Of a stretch of DNA of 64,000 nt, positions 27,108 to 36,327 are shown piece by piece (the stretch's first letter is position 1; each line of letters opens with the position of its first letter). Source of the stretch: Gemmatimonadota bacterium. GTDB taxonomy: Bacteria > Gemmatimonadota > Gemmatimonadetes > JACCXV01 > JAHWKZ01. Under the pieces are notes generated by a model. That model was not told the origin of the DNA and did no database searches. It saw only the letters and a program-made list of their open reading frames with translations. The translations under genes were made by a program, and so were the position numbers. Location: the NCBI GenBank assembly GCA_039588915.1, contig JBDGYV010000006.1, positions 13,116-77,115 of the forward strand, in the 5' to 3' direction.

Positions 27108-27671
27108 CTAAAAGCGTGGCACCCATTCCGCCAGCGCTTCGAGCAGCTTGGCGACGTACTGGCGGGTCTTGTCGTCGGTTAGTACGCCATCCTCGTTGAC
27201 GAGCTCGTGCGCCTGAGCAACCAACACTTCCGGCCCGGGCATCGTCGGGGATCGCGTCGATTGCAGCGTTTGACGGAGCTGGAGCTGGCTCCTGGCCGTT
27301 CCGGTGCGTCCGGGGCTAGCACCCATAATCGCCACCGGTTTGTTGTTCAGTGGCGATTCGGGCGGCCGTGAGGCCCAGTCGAGCGCGTTCTTCAGAACCC
27401 CCGGCATGCCGTAGTTGTACTCCGGTGTCGCGATCAGGAGCGCATCCGCATCGCGGATCGCCTGTTTGAACTCCGCCACCGATAGCGGGTCGCCCAGCTC
27501 CTCGACATCGGCGTTGAAGAGCGGCAGCGGGCTCAAGTCGAACGTCTCGATCGTCATGCCGTCCGGCGCCAAATCGAGCGCAGCGCGGATGAGCGCACGG
27601 TTGAAGGAACCCCGACGGAGACTGCCAGCGATCCCCAGCACATGCAAGTTGGCGTTTGTCGAGGACATCAT
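27108..27671 (-). CDS. NAD(P)H-dependent FMN reductase (flavodoxin-like fold)
   Basis: LHVLGIAGSLRRGSFNRAL N-terminus typical of FMN_red/SsuE-like reductases. Confidence 0.8.
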   Translation of the reverse strand: MMSSTNANLHVLGIAGSLRRGSFNRALIRAALDLAPDGMTIETFDLSPLPLFNADVEELGDPLSVAEFKQAIRDADALLIATPEYNYGMPGVLKNALDWASRPPESPLNNKPVAIMGASPGRTGTARSQLQLRQTLQSTRSPTMPGPEVLVAQAHELVNEDGVLTDDKTRQYVAKLLEALAEWVPRF

Positions 27672-28838
27672 TCGCCGGGGACGATCTTGTAGACGTTGCC
27701 AGCGCTGGTCATGATGTACAGCTCCTCGTCAGCGTCCTCACCAAACGCGGTCACGCTTCGCTCGGACGGCTCAAGCTCGGGCCACTCCCGCTGCTCGGTG
27801 GCCACACCGCCGACAAGCCGAAAGCTGCGCACAAAGCCGCTGCAGAAATCCGAGTACAGATACACGCCCGTCAACTCCGGTAACACTATGCCGCGATAAA
27901 CGAAACCGCCCGTCACCGAACAGCCGTCATCGTGATCATAGTCGAGCACGGGGAGCGTCAATCCCGACGGGTCACAACCCTGGGGCGGGTCAAAGCACTC
28001 CGATCCCTCCATCACGTTCCAACCGTAGTTGAGGCCGACCGCGTCACCTGGAGCGGCGTTTATCTCCTCGCGATCGTTCTGGCCGACGTCGGCGATGAAC
28101 AGCTCGCCGGTCTGACGATCGAAACTGTAGCGCCACGGGTTCCGGAGCCCGTAGGCCCAGATCTCGCCCCGTGCACCGGGCTGACCCACGAACGGGTTGT
28201 CGGGCGGAATCGCAAATGGGTCCCCACCGTCGATGTCGATTCGCAGCAGTGCGCCGAGCAGCGTCGTAAGGGATTGGCCGGCCTCCAGCGGATCACCGCC
28301 ACCACCACCGTCACCCAATGCGATGTACAGCATCCCGTCCGGACCGAAGGCGATCAGCCCACCGTTGTGGTTCCCGAATGGTTGATCCACAGAGAGAATC
28401 GTCACAACCGGGTTTGGATCAGCGCGGTCCGGTTCGGCCGAGACGCGGTACTCAACCACCTGCGTGTTGTTGTCGCGGTCGGTGTAGCAGATAAAGAGTC
28501 TGCCGTTGGCGCTGTAGCCGGGATGGAAGGCGACCGACAGCTGCGAGCAACACCCCTTCTTCGAATATCCGGATCGTGCCACGCTTGTCGACGATGAACA
28601 AACGTTGATCACCTGTCGGGGCGGTGATTTGGACGGGAAATCCAACCCCGCTCACGATCCGCTCGAGCGTGGGGCCAGCACCGTTGGGGTTGGCACCGTT
28701 CGGCCCGTTCGCGGTGGGTTGGCTGGCCTCACTGTCGCAGGCGACGAAGCACCAGCTCCCCAGCAACACGAGGCAAATTCCCAGGTTTCGCACCACAAAC
28801 ATACGGGTCAAGCTAGCGTCGCCATTTGCCGTGAGCAT
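27668..28838 (-). pseudogene. PQQ-dependent soluble sugar (glucose/sorbosone) dehydrogenase, YliI-like, split by a frameshift near 28535-28555
   Basis: The N-terminal part (lipoprotein signal, …RLFIVDKRGTIRIFEEGVLL) and the C-terminal part (…SQLSVAFHPGYSANG…HNGGLIAFGPDGMLYIALGDGG…) lie in two different frames of the same strand. The join is at a G4 run (gaaggggtg). A short deletion may also be present. Confidence 0.55.
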
Positions 28839-28895
28839 ACGCCGTTTCTAGTGTGAGGACGTCATCCTTCGCGCCAACACTCGCAGAGGAGCGCT

Positions 28896-29825
28896 ATGAT
28901 CGAAGTCGCCCAACTCCGGAAAGAATACGGTGAACTCGTGGCCGTAGATGCCGTCTCATTCATCGCCGAGACGGAAGCGATCTTCGGGCTCCTGGGTCCT
29001 AACGGCGCTGGCAAGACGACCACCATCGGGTGCATCTCGGGTCTGCTCGAGCCAACCGCCGGCACCGTCCGCGTGCGTGGTCACGACGTCGTTCGGGAAG
29101 GGACGCGAGCCAAGGCTTCGCTTGGCGTCGTACCTCAGGAGATCGCGCTGTACGAGGATCTGTCGGCCGGAGAGAACGTACGTTTCTGGGGCCAAGCGTA
29201 CGGTCTCGGAGGCTCCAAGCTTCGAGCTCGCGTGACCGATGTGCTCGAAATCACCGGATTGCTGGACCGCGCAGACGACCGAGTGGACCAGTTCAGCGGC
29301 GGGATGAAGCGGCGGCTCAACTTCGCCTGCGGGATCGTTCACGAGCCCCAAGTTCTGTTGCTGGACGAGCCAACCGTGGGCGTCGATCCTCAAAGCCGCG
29401 TGCGGTTGCTCGACCTGGTCCGCGAGCAGGCCAATCAGGGCGTGTGCGTGCTCTACACCACTCACTACATGGAAGAGGCCCAGTCGATGTGCGATCGGTT
29501 GGCGATCATCGACCACGGCCACATCATCGCCCAGGGTTCCCTCGAAGAGCTCCAGGCACAGATGGGCGAACGTGATCTCGTCAGGGTGTCCGGGTCGTTT
29601 GACGAGAACGAGCTTCGTCGCGTGTTCAGTCGCGATGGAGAAGTCGAGGTCGTCACGGTCGATGACGCGCAGGCCACGCTCTCGGTCCGACAAGCATCTA
29701 GCAAGTTGCCAACCCTGTTAGCAGCGCTCACCCAGGCCGACTCCGAAGTCCGCGACATTACGGTCAGTCAACCGAGCTTGGAGAGCTTGTTCATCAAGCT
29801 CACCGGAAAAGAGCTCCGGGAGTAG
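28896..29825 (+). CDS. ABC transporter ATP-binding protein (ABC-2 type)
   Basis: Walker A GPNGAGKTT, signature FSGGMKRR, Walker B LLLDEPT, followed by a C-terminal regulatory domain. Confidence 0.9.
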   Translation: MIEVAQLRKEYGELVAVDAVSFIAETEAIFGLLGPNGAGKTTTIGCISGLLEPTAGTVRVRGHDVVREGTRAKASLGVVPQEIALYEDLSAGENVRFWGQAYGLGGSKLRARVTDVLEITGLLDRADDRVDQFSGGMKRRLNFACGIVHEPQVLLLDEPTVGVDPQSRVRLLDLVREQANQGVCVLYTTHYMEEAQSMCDRLAIIDHGHIIAQGSLEELQAQMGERDLVRVSGSFDENELRRVFSRDGEVEVVTVDDAQATLSVRQASSKLPTLLAALTQADSEVRDITVSQPSLESLFIKLTGKELRE

Positions 29826-29828
29826 CCG

Positions 29829-31064
29829 GTGCGGTTCCTTATCGCGACCGTCATAAAGGACTTGATACGCCGGCGACGGGATCCGATCGCGCTGTTACTG
29901 TGGGCTGGCATCCCGCTCGCGATCGGCGGGCTGATCTTCCTGGCGTTTGGCGGCGACGATGCGGGACCGAGCGGACGATTGCTGGTCGCCGACCAGGACA
30001 ACACAGTGCTCAGCGCGCTTCTTACCAGCGCCTACCAACAAGGTCCGCTAGCCGAGATCATCGAGGTCGAGGCGGTCGAACTCGAGGAGGGACACGAACG
30101 GATCGACGCAGGCGAGGCCTCCGGATTGCTCATCACCCCCGAGGGATTTGGCGCCGCTGTCCTGGAATCCGAACCGTTCGAGATCTCTCTCGTCCGCAAC
30201 CCCGCCCAGCGTATCGTTCCAGGGATCATCGAGGAGAGCTTATCGCTCGTCGTCGAAAGCACGTTCTATTTGCAACGGTTGTTCGGTGAGCCACTTGACG
30301 TCATCGTCGGAACCCGACCGGATGACGCGAATGTGGTGCCCGATTCGACGGTGGCATCAGTCAGCGTGGCTCTTAATCGAATCGTCGATCGCACTCGACC
30401 CTACTTGTTCCCACCCGTGATCGAACTCGGGACGACATCACCAAGTGGAGACGAAGAAGGCTTTGACTTCGCGCGCTTGTTCTTCCCGAGCATGCTCTTC
30501 ATGGCGCTTCTGTTCATGGCACAGGGCTTGAGCGAGGACATCTGGCGCGAGCGGTCGCAGGGCACGCTGCGCCGCGTTATCGCCACGCCGCAACGAGTGG
30601 CGACGTTTCTGGTCGGCAAGCTGCTCGCTGGTGCGATGCTGATGCTGGTCGTAATGGGACTTGGACTGATCGCTGGCAGATGGGTCTTTGGGATCGAACT
30701 CCACGGCCTGCCGATGGCTCTCGTCTGGACCACGTTTGCCGGCATAATGCTGCTGGCGATGATGGTCCTGGTACAACTGTTCGCCTCCAGCGAACGCACC
30801 GGGAACATCTTGACAGGGGTGGCCATTTTCCCGCTGGCGATGCTGGGCGGGAGCTTCTTCCCCTTCGAGGCGATGCCTGACTGGCTGGCCAGCGTGGGCC
30901 GATACACCCCAAACGGGTGGGCGCTGGCGAAGCTCAACCGGGTTTTTGCGGGCGAGTTGCCGGCGCTGGACCTCCTCCAATCAATCGCCGCCGTCGCTCT
31001 CGTCATTGTCGTTCTCGTCTGGCTCGCCATGCGGCGCATCCGTGGCCGCTTCGCTCACAGCTGA
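29829..31064 (+). CDS. ABC-2 family transporter permease
   Basis: N-terminal TM helix, a large periplasmic loop, then 5 TM helices. GTG start 4 nt after the ATPase stop. Confidence 0.75.
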   Translation: MRFLIATVIKDLIRRRRDPIALLLWAGIPLAIGGLIFLAFGGDDAGPSGRLLVADQDNTVLSALLTSAYQQGPLAEIIEVEAVELEEGHERIDAGEASGLLITPEGFGAAVLESEPFEISLVRNPAQRIVPGIIEESLSLVVESTFYLQRLFGEPLDVIVGTRPDDANVVPDSTVASVSVALNRIVDRTRPYLFPPVIELGTTSPSGDEEGFDFARLFFPSMLFMALLFMAQGLSEDIWRERSQGTLRRVIATPQRVATFLVGKLLAGAMLMLVVMGLGLIAGRWVFGIELHGLPMALVWTTFAGIMLLAMMVLVQLFASSERTGNILTGVAIFPLAMLGGSFFPFEAMPDWLASVGRYTPNGWALAKLNRVFAGELPALDLLQSIAAVALVIVVLVWLAMRRIRGRFAHS

Positions 31065-32197
31065 TGATGCTGCGCGCCGCCTGGTTTATCGCCCGTAGCG
31101 ATGTCTCATACTTGCTTCGTCAGCGCGAGACGCTTCTCTGGACGTTCCTGATGCCACCGGTGTTCTTTTTCTTCATCGGATCGGTCACGGGTGGCGGCGG
31201 GTCAGCCCCAAACATCACCGTGCAGAGTCCCGAAAACGCCGGATTCCTCGCCGACCACGTGGTGCGTCGGATCGAGGAGCAGGGCTTCGAAGTCACCCGG
31301 AGCAGCGATCCCGACACGTTGGCGGCGGCGCGCCGTCGACTGATTCTGCCGGCCGGCTTCACCGACTCGGTAGCAGCTCAGAAACCGGTGAAAATCGAGT
31401 TCGCCACTCAGAGCGACGCCGGGGTCGACACGCAGTACGACCAGATTCGGGTCGCGCGAGCCGTCTACGGCGTGTTGGCCGACGTAATCGTCTCGGCGGA
31501 CGCAGAGGGCACCTTCGATCCGGTCGCTATCGAGCGGCTGGCCGACGAACCACGGCCGCTGCAACTGACCGTCTCTCAGGCTGGGAGCCGAGTGGAGATC
31601 CCGACTGGGTTCGAGCAGTCGGTCCCGGGGACGATGGTCATGTTCACGTTGCTGGTCATGTTGACCAGCGGTGCGGTGCTGCTGGTTATCGAGAGGAATC
31701 AGGGTCTGCTGCGCCGGCTCGCATCGTCGCCGCTGCCACGTCGAGGGGTCGTGCTCGGAAAGTGGGGTGGCAGGCTGCTCCTGGGCCTGGTCCAGATCAG
31801 CTTCGCGATGCTGGTGGGCACGCTTTTCTTCAAGATACGATGGGGGCCAGATCTCCCAATGCTACTGGTGATTCTCCTAGCGTGGGGGGCGCTGGCGGCG
31901 GTTCTCGGGATCCTGCTCGGTAATCTGGCGCGAACCGAAGGTCAGTCGATCGGGCTTGGAGTATTAGCGTCTAACATCCTGGCCGCCCTCGGCGGTTGTT
32001 GGTGGCCGATCGAGGTCACACCGCAGTGGATGCAGAGCTTCGCGTTGACGTTGCCGACCGGGTGGACGATGGACGCGCTCCACAAGTTCGTGAGCTTCGG
32101 GGCCGGCGCGACGAGCGTTGTCCCGCACCTGTTCGCCTTGATCGTCGGGACACTCGTTTTGGGATGGGCTGCGGTCCACACGTTCCGCTTTCAGTAG
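31064..32197 (+). CDS. ABC-2 family transporter permease (second, paralogous)
   Basis: The ATG at 31064 overlaps the upstream stop (ATGA). Same topology as the preceding permease. The tracker's upstream extension is rejected. Confidence 0.75.
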   Translation: MMLRAAWFIARSDVSYLLRQRETLLWTFLMPPVFFFFIGSVTGGGGSAPNITVQSPENAGFLADHVVRRIEEQGFEVTRSSDPDTLAAARRRLILPAGFTDSVAAQKPVKIEFATQSDAGVDTQYDQIRVARAVYGVLADVIVSADAEGTFDPVAIERLADEPRPLQLTVSQAGSRVEIPTGFEQSVPGTMVMFTLLVMLTSGAVLLVIERNQGLLRRLASSPLPRRGVVLGKWGGRLLLGLVQISFAMLVGTLFFKIRWGPDLPMLLVILLAWGALAAVLGILLGNLARTEGQSIGLGVLASNILAALGGCWWPIEVTPQWMQSFALTLPTGWTMDALHKFVSFGAGATSVVPHLFALIVGTLVLGWAAVHTFRFQ

Positions 32198-32200
32198 TGG

Positions 32201-32965
32201 TTACCAGCGTCTAGCGACGCCAAAGCCAACGAGTATGTCCGGTGCGTCGTCGGTGAGCCCGGCGCCAATGCGTGCATCGAGCTGGAAGTTATTGCTAACG
32301 AGATACGTGATCCCACCGTTCAACGTCGTGTCATCGCCGGTCCCGTCACCGGCCGGGAAGATGGTGAACGCCTCGACGTAGGCTCCGGTCCGCTCGGTTA
32401 GACCGACGCCGAGCGCCACGCTCGCCGATCCCTGATCGAACCGCTCGCCGGCCTCGCTCGCGTAGGTGTACCCGACGTTTGCACCGAGCCCAAGCTGCTC
32501 CGATAAATCCCACGCGAACGCACCCGTAACTCCGGGCTGCCAGGTGTCCTCGGTCACTTCGTCGCTACCGGCCGGCAACGTTGTAACAGCCAGGACGGCG
32601 ACGGCTGGTCGCCAACCCGCCTGACCGGCGCCCTCCGTCAAAACGATCTTGATGCCGAGCGACGGATCCTCCACGCCTGAGTCATCATCCCCTGGCTGCT
32701 CGACCCACGCTATCGATGCGCCAATCCGTCCCTCGACGCGTTTCATAATGCCGATCCGTAGCAGTGCCTCGCCGAGCGAATGCTCGTTGACATCGCCGCT
32801 CTGGGTGAAGGTGTAACCGGCTTCGAGCTGGAACTGACCGGGTGTGACCGCCGACGCGCTCTCAGTGAAGTCGGGTCGGTCGGTGATCAGTGCCTCTAGT
32901 CTCTGGGCGGACAGCGGCCCTGCGCTGAGCACGATCAGCGCTAGCAGTCGAGACAAAACCCTCAT
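32201..32965 (-). CDS. Outer-membrane beta-barrel of the MetA-pathway-of-phenol-degradation-like family
   Basis: Signal peptide and DRPDFTES…GQFQLEAGYTF N-terminal signature. Alternating beta-strand pattern ending in aromatic residues. Confidence 0.6.
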   Translation of the reverse strand: MRVLSRLLALIVLSAGPLSAQRLEALITDRPDFTESASAVTPGQFQLEAGYTFTQSGDVNEHSLGEALLRIGIMKRVEGRIGASIAWVEQPGDDDSGVEDPSLGIKIVLTEGAGQAGWRPAVAVLAVTTLPAGSDEVTEDTWQPGVTGAFAWDLSEQLGLGANVGYTYASEAGERFDQGSASVALGVGLTERTGAYVEAFTIFPAGDGTGDDTTLNGGITYLVSNNFQLDARIGAGLTDDAPDILVGFGVARRW

Positions 32966-33043
32966 GGGGTTATTTTAGTGCAAGCTAATTATCGTTGCAA
33001 GCCTCTAGCTCGCAACAACCTACGAATCAACTCGGGAGCTGCG

Positions 33044-33589
33044 TCACTCCATGCAGAGGGCGTAACGCGAGAAGTGGCTCAGCTCGGCGCGGACGACGTT
33101 CTGCCCCCGAACGTAGACCGCCTCATCAACGATCGCCCAATCATCGACATCGTCCTGAGCTACCGCGATTCTCAGCTTAGAGAGACTGACGCCCGTAAGC
33201 TCGGCGCTTGCAGCGTTGATCTCCAGGATCGCTGGTTGGCTGAACTGTAGCCCGTTGGGACCATACAGGAATGACACCGTCCCGTCGGACGACTGGGCCA
33301 TGCTGATCCATAGATCCGTGGGTATCGAATTGGGGAGAATCGTCAGGGAAGCGTCATCCGTTGAGAGCGTCCCGCCGACCTCCTTCTCGATCCACTTCGC
33401 TTCAAGGTCGTTGGCGACCCGCAGCTCCAAGCCGTCCTTGAAGGTGAGCAGCTTGACGCCGTTGACGGTGACAAACTTGGGAAAAGTCCCCGTTGGGGAG
33501 GTCGGGCCCGTTTCGTCGCCACAAGCCGTCAGCGAAATCACGGCGAGGGTCATGACGATTCCGCAAAAGAATTGCCAGTACTTCCTCAC
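33044..33589 (-). CDS. Lipoprotein of unknown function
   Basis: Lipobox LAVISLTAC. No recognised domain. Confidence 0.5.
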   Translation of the reverse strand: MRKYWQFFCGIVMTLAVISLTACGDETGPTSPTGTFPKFVTVNGVKLLTFKDGLELRVANDLEAKWIEKEVGGTLSTDDASLTILPNSIPTDLWISMAQSSDGTVSFLYGPNGLQFSQPAILEINAASAELTGVSLSKLRIAVAQDDVDDWAIVDEAVYVRGQNVVRAELSHFSRYALCME

Positions 33590-33814
33590 TTCGAATCAGC
33601 TCCTCTGGGGGATCGGTTCGCCGAGGGGGGGTCATCCAATGCGTTGGCAACACTCGCGCCAACCCTCGGCTCCGCCTACATAATCGGGCCCAAGCCATTG
33701 TTGAGCAATAGGTTAGAGGACTGGGTGGAAATCTTTTTCACTCCCCAAAGGAACCTCTTTTCCTATCGTTTTGAGATGGTTCGTTGCAGCTAGGGCGTAA
33801 CGAGACATTACGCC

Positions 33815-34933
33815 TCAGCGATCCACCCAATCGGCGACGAAGACGTTTGTGTCCCCCGGCTTGGCGTTGTGGCGGTTGGAAGCCCAGACGAGTTTCGAAC
33901 CGTCAGAGTTGAACATCGGAAAACCGTCGAAATCGGGGTGCGTGGTGATCCGGGCGAGACCGGTGCCATCCACGTTGACGGCATAGAGGTCGAAGTTCCG
34001 ACCTTCGGGATCGTGCATGTTGCTGGCGAAGATGATGCGCTCGCCGTCGGGGAAGAAATAGGGTCCAAAGTTGGCCCCACCGTTGTCCGTCACCTGTCGC
34101 TTGTCGGAGCCGTCAGCGTTCATGACCCAAAGCTCCATCACACCCGGTCGCACCAGGTTGTCGGCCAGCAAAGCGCGGTAATCGGCCAGTGCGCGCTCCT
34201 CCTGGGGGTGGTGTGCGCGGTAGACGATTCGTTGGCCGTCGTACGAGAAGAACGCTCCACCGTCGTACCCCTCCTCGTTGGTCAGCCGCTGCACATCGCT
34301 CCCATCGGCGTTCATGGTGTAGATGTCCAAATCGCCGTCACGTACCGAGGTGAAGACGATCTTCGATCCATCGCGGCTAAACGTCGCTTCGGCGTCGTAT
34401 CCCGATACGTCGCTGAGTCGTGTGAGTTCACTCCCGTCGGGCTGTGCGGTGAAGACATCGAACCCCGAGTGAATTGGCCAGACGTAACCCTGGCTGTAGT
34501 CGGGGCGGGGCGGGCAAGCCTCGTCGGCCAGGTGCGTCGAAGAGAAGAGAATCCAGTCGCCCTGGGGATAGGCAAAGTAGCTACACGTCGTTACGCCACG
34601 GCCCGTGGATACCATGCGCTTCTCCGATCCATCGGTCCGCATGGTGAAGATCTGGTCGCAGCCGAGCGAGTCAGGCGTGGCCTGGAAAATGAGCCATGCG
34701 TCATCGGGGCTGAAATACGCCTCCGCGTTCTGGCCCTCAAACGTGAGTTGCTGGAGATTAGCCAGGTATTTCTCCTCTTCGGGCTGGGGCGCTACAATTG
34801 TGGTTTCAGTCTCGGGGGTTGGCGCTGGATTCTCGCCGGCTTCGCTGCACGCAAACGCGGCCGCGGCTGTGCACAGGATTCCAATCTTGATGCGTGTCAT
34901 TTTCCCTTTCTCGCTTCCTTGTTCGTTATTCAC
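33815..34933 (-). CDS. TolB-like periplasmic beta-propeller protein (PD40/WD40-like repeats)
   Basis: Repeated FSPDD…, FSRDGSKIVFTS…DIY…DGS, FSYDGQRIVY and similar PD40 repeats. Signal or lipoprotein N-terminus. The start is probably the internal M at about 34900. Confidence 0.75.
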   Translation of the reverse strand: MNNEQGSEKGKMTRIKIGILCTAAAAFACSEAGENPAPTPETETTIVAPQPEEEKYLANLQQLTFEGQNAEAYFSPDDAWLIFQATPDSLGCDQIFTMRTDGSEKRMVSTGRGVTTCSYFAYPQGDWILFSSTHLADEACPPRPDYSQGYVWPIHSGFDVFTAQPDGSELTRLSDVSGYDAEATFSRDGSKIVFTSVRDGDLDIYTMNADGSDVQRLTNEEGYDGGAFFSYDGQRIVYRAHHPQEERALADYRALLADNLVRPGVMELWVMNADGSDKRQVTDNGGANFGPYFFPDGERIIFASNMHDPEGRNFDLYAVNVDGTGLARITTHPDFDGFPMFNSDGSKLVWASNRHNAKPGDTNVFVADWVDR

Positions 34934-34955
34934 GAATTTCCATGGACGGAAAACT

Positions 34956-36263
34956 ATGAAGCCATCTCTGATCGTTCTCGTTCTCGCCGCGCTGGCGTCA
35001 CCGCTCTGGGCCCAGGACCGCCAAGGAGATCACTGTGCCAACGGGGATTTTCCCGCATCGTCGGAACCTGAGATTACCACCGCCGGGATCTGTGCCACCA
35101 TCGCGGTGCTTGCCGCCGACTCGCTCGAAGGCCGGGAAGCGGGTAGCGCAGGAAGCGATCGCGCCTCCCAATACCTTGCCGAGCGCTTTCGCTCGATCGG
35201 GCTGGAGCCGCTCAATGGCGATTTTCTCCAGTCGTTTACGTTTTCGGCCGCAGTGCGCCGAGACCCCCACGCGAGTCCGCACCCGTCCTCCGACAGCGAT
35301 GCCATCTTGTCGACGGCCAATATCATCGGGATCGTACCCGGCATCGACCCGCGGTTGGCTGACCAGGCGGTCGTCATCGGAGCCCACTACGACCATCTCG
35401 GATTCGGCGGCCGGGGGTCGTTGGCGCCTGGTGAGCGAGCGATCCACAACGGAGCCGACGACAACGCATCCGGAGTGGCAACGTTACTCGAGCTGGCGCA
35501 GCAATTCGCGGCACGTCCAATGGCCAGAACGCTCATCTTCATCGCCTTTGGTGGAGAAGAATTGGGCACCCTCGGGTCGCAGTACTACATCGCCCACCCC
35601 CTGTGGCCGGTCGAGCAAACGGTCGCCATGCTGAACCTCGACATGGTTGGCCGGCTGCGGGAACAGGTGACGGTCCACGGCACGGGGACCTCGCCCGCCT
35701 GGGCGGCGATACTCGACGACCTGGACGCCGAGGGCTCGCACCCGACCATGGCGCGTGTGCCGGATGGATTTGGGCCCAGCGATCAATCGTCGTTTTACGG
35801 TGCTCAGATCCCGGTGCTTTGGTTTTTCACCGGTGCCCATGAGCAGTACCACCGACCCACCGATGATCTGGAGACGATAAACGGGGCTGGAGCGGTCCGA
35901 GTCGGAAGCCTTGTGTCTGCGATCACCGAAACGATCGCCAGCACCGGGCTCGAGATTCCCTATGCAGTAGCCCCCACGACTCAGCGCCGGGCGGCGGCCT
36001 TCTCGGTCGGCCTGGGAGTCATCCCTGAGTACAGCTTCCCTGGACCAGGTCTCAGGGTGGCTTCGGTGCGGCCGGGTGGGCCGGCGGACAAGGCGGGAGT
36101 TTCGGCTGGTGATGTGCTGCTCAAGCTTGCCGATCGCGACATCGAAGACGTCTACGGTTACACCGCGGTGCTGTCGGATCTCGAGGCGGGTATTTCGTAC
36201 ACGCTCGTCTATGAACACGAAGGCGAGCTCCACACGGTGTCTGTGGAGCCCGCCTCGCGCTGA
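34956..36263 (+). CDS. M28-family zinc aminopeptidase with a C-terminal PDZ domain
   Basis: Signal peptide. M28 core (VVIGAHYDHLGFG…NGADDNASGVATLLELA…FGGEELGTLGS). The C-terminal PDZ reads LRVASVRPGGPADKAGVSAGDVLLKL. The true ATG at 34956 lies inside the tracker ORF. Confidence 0.8.
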   Translation: MKPSLIVLVLAALASPLWAQDRQGDHCANGDFPASSEPEITTAGICATIAVLAADSLEGREAGSAGSDRASQYLAERFRSIGLEPLNGDFLQSFTFSAAVRRDPHASPHPSSDSDAILSTANIIGIVPGIDPRLADQAVVIGAHYDHLGFGGRGSLAPGERAIHNGADDNASGVATLLELAQQFAARPMARTLIFIAFGGEELGTLGSQYYIAHPLWPVEQTVAMLNLDMVGRLREQVTVHGTGTSPAWAAILDDLDAEGSHPTMARVPDGFGPSDQSSFYGAQIPVLWFFTGAHEQYHRPTDDLETINGAGAVRVGSLVSAITETIASTGLEIPYAVAPTTQRRAAAFSVGLGVIPEYSFPGPGLRVASVRPGGPADKAGVSAGDVLLKLADRDIEDVYGYTAVLSDLEAGISYTLVYEHEGELHTVSVEPASR

Positions 36264-36282
36264 CTCTAACGCCGCTGACAGG
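36204..36282. repeat. 79-bp direct repeat, copy A (the native 3' end of the M28-PDZ gene plus 19 bp downstream)
   Basis: About 91% identical (7 mismatches) to 37376-37454. Confidence 0.85.
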
Positions 36283-36327
36283 CCGGCCCCCGCGAGACCG
36301 ACCAGGAACCCGTTCAAGGACTGGACA

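Noticed and set aside
33793-33814. 7-bp-stem hairpin (ggcgtaa…ttacgcc) immediately downstream of the TolB-like gene, as a possible intrinsic terminator
   Set aside because: There is no following U-tract on the transcribed strand. The stem is too weak to call with confidence.
34605-34955. Upstream extensions of tracker ORFs (34605, 8250, 13521, 17950, 30917, 50687, 53253, 14459)
   Set aside because: In each case an internal ATG gives a canonical N-terminus (a signal peptide or a conserved family start), coincides with the upstream gene's stop, and avoids overlapping neighbouring genes.
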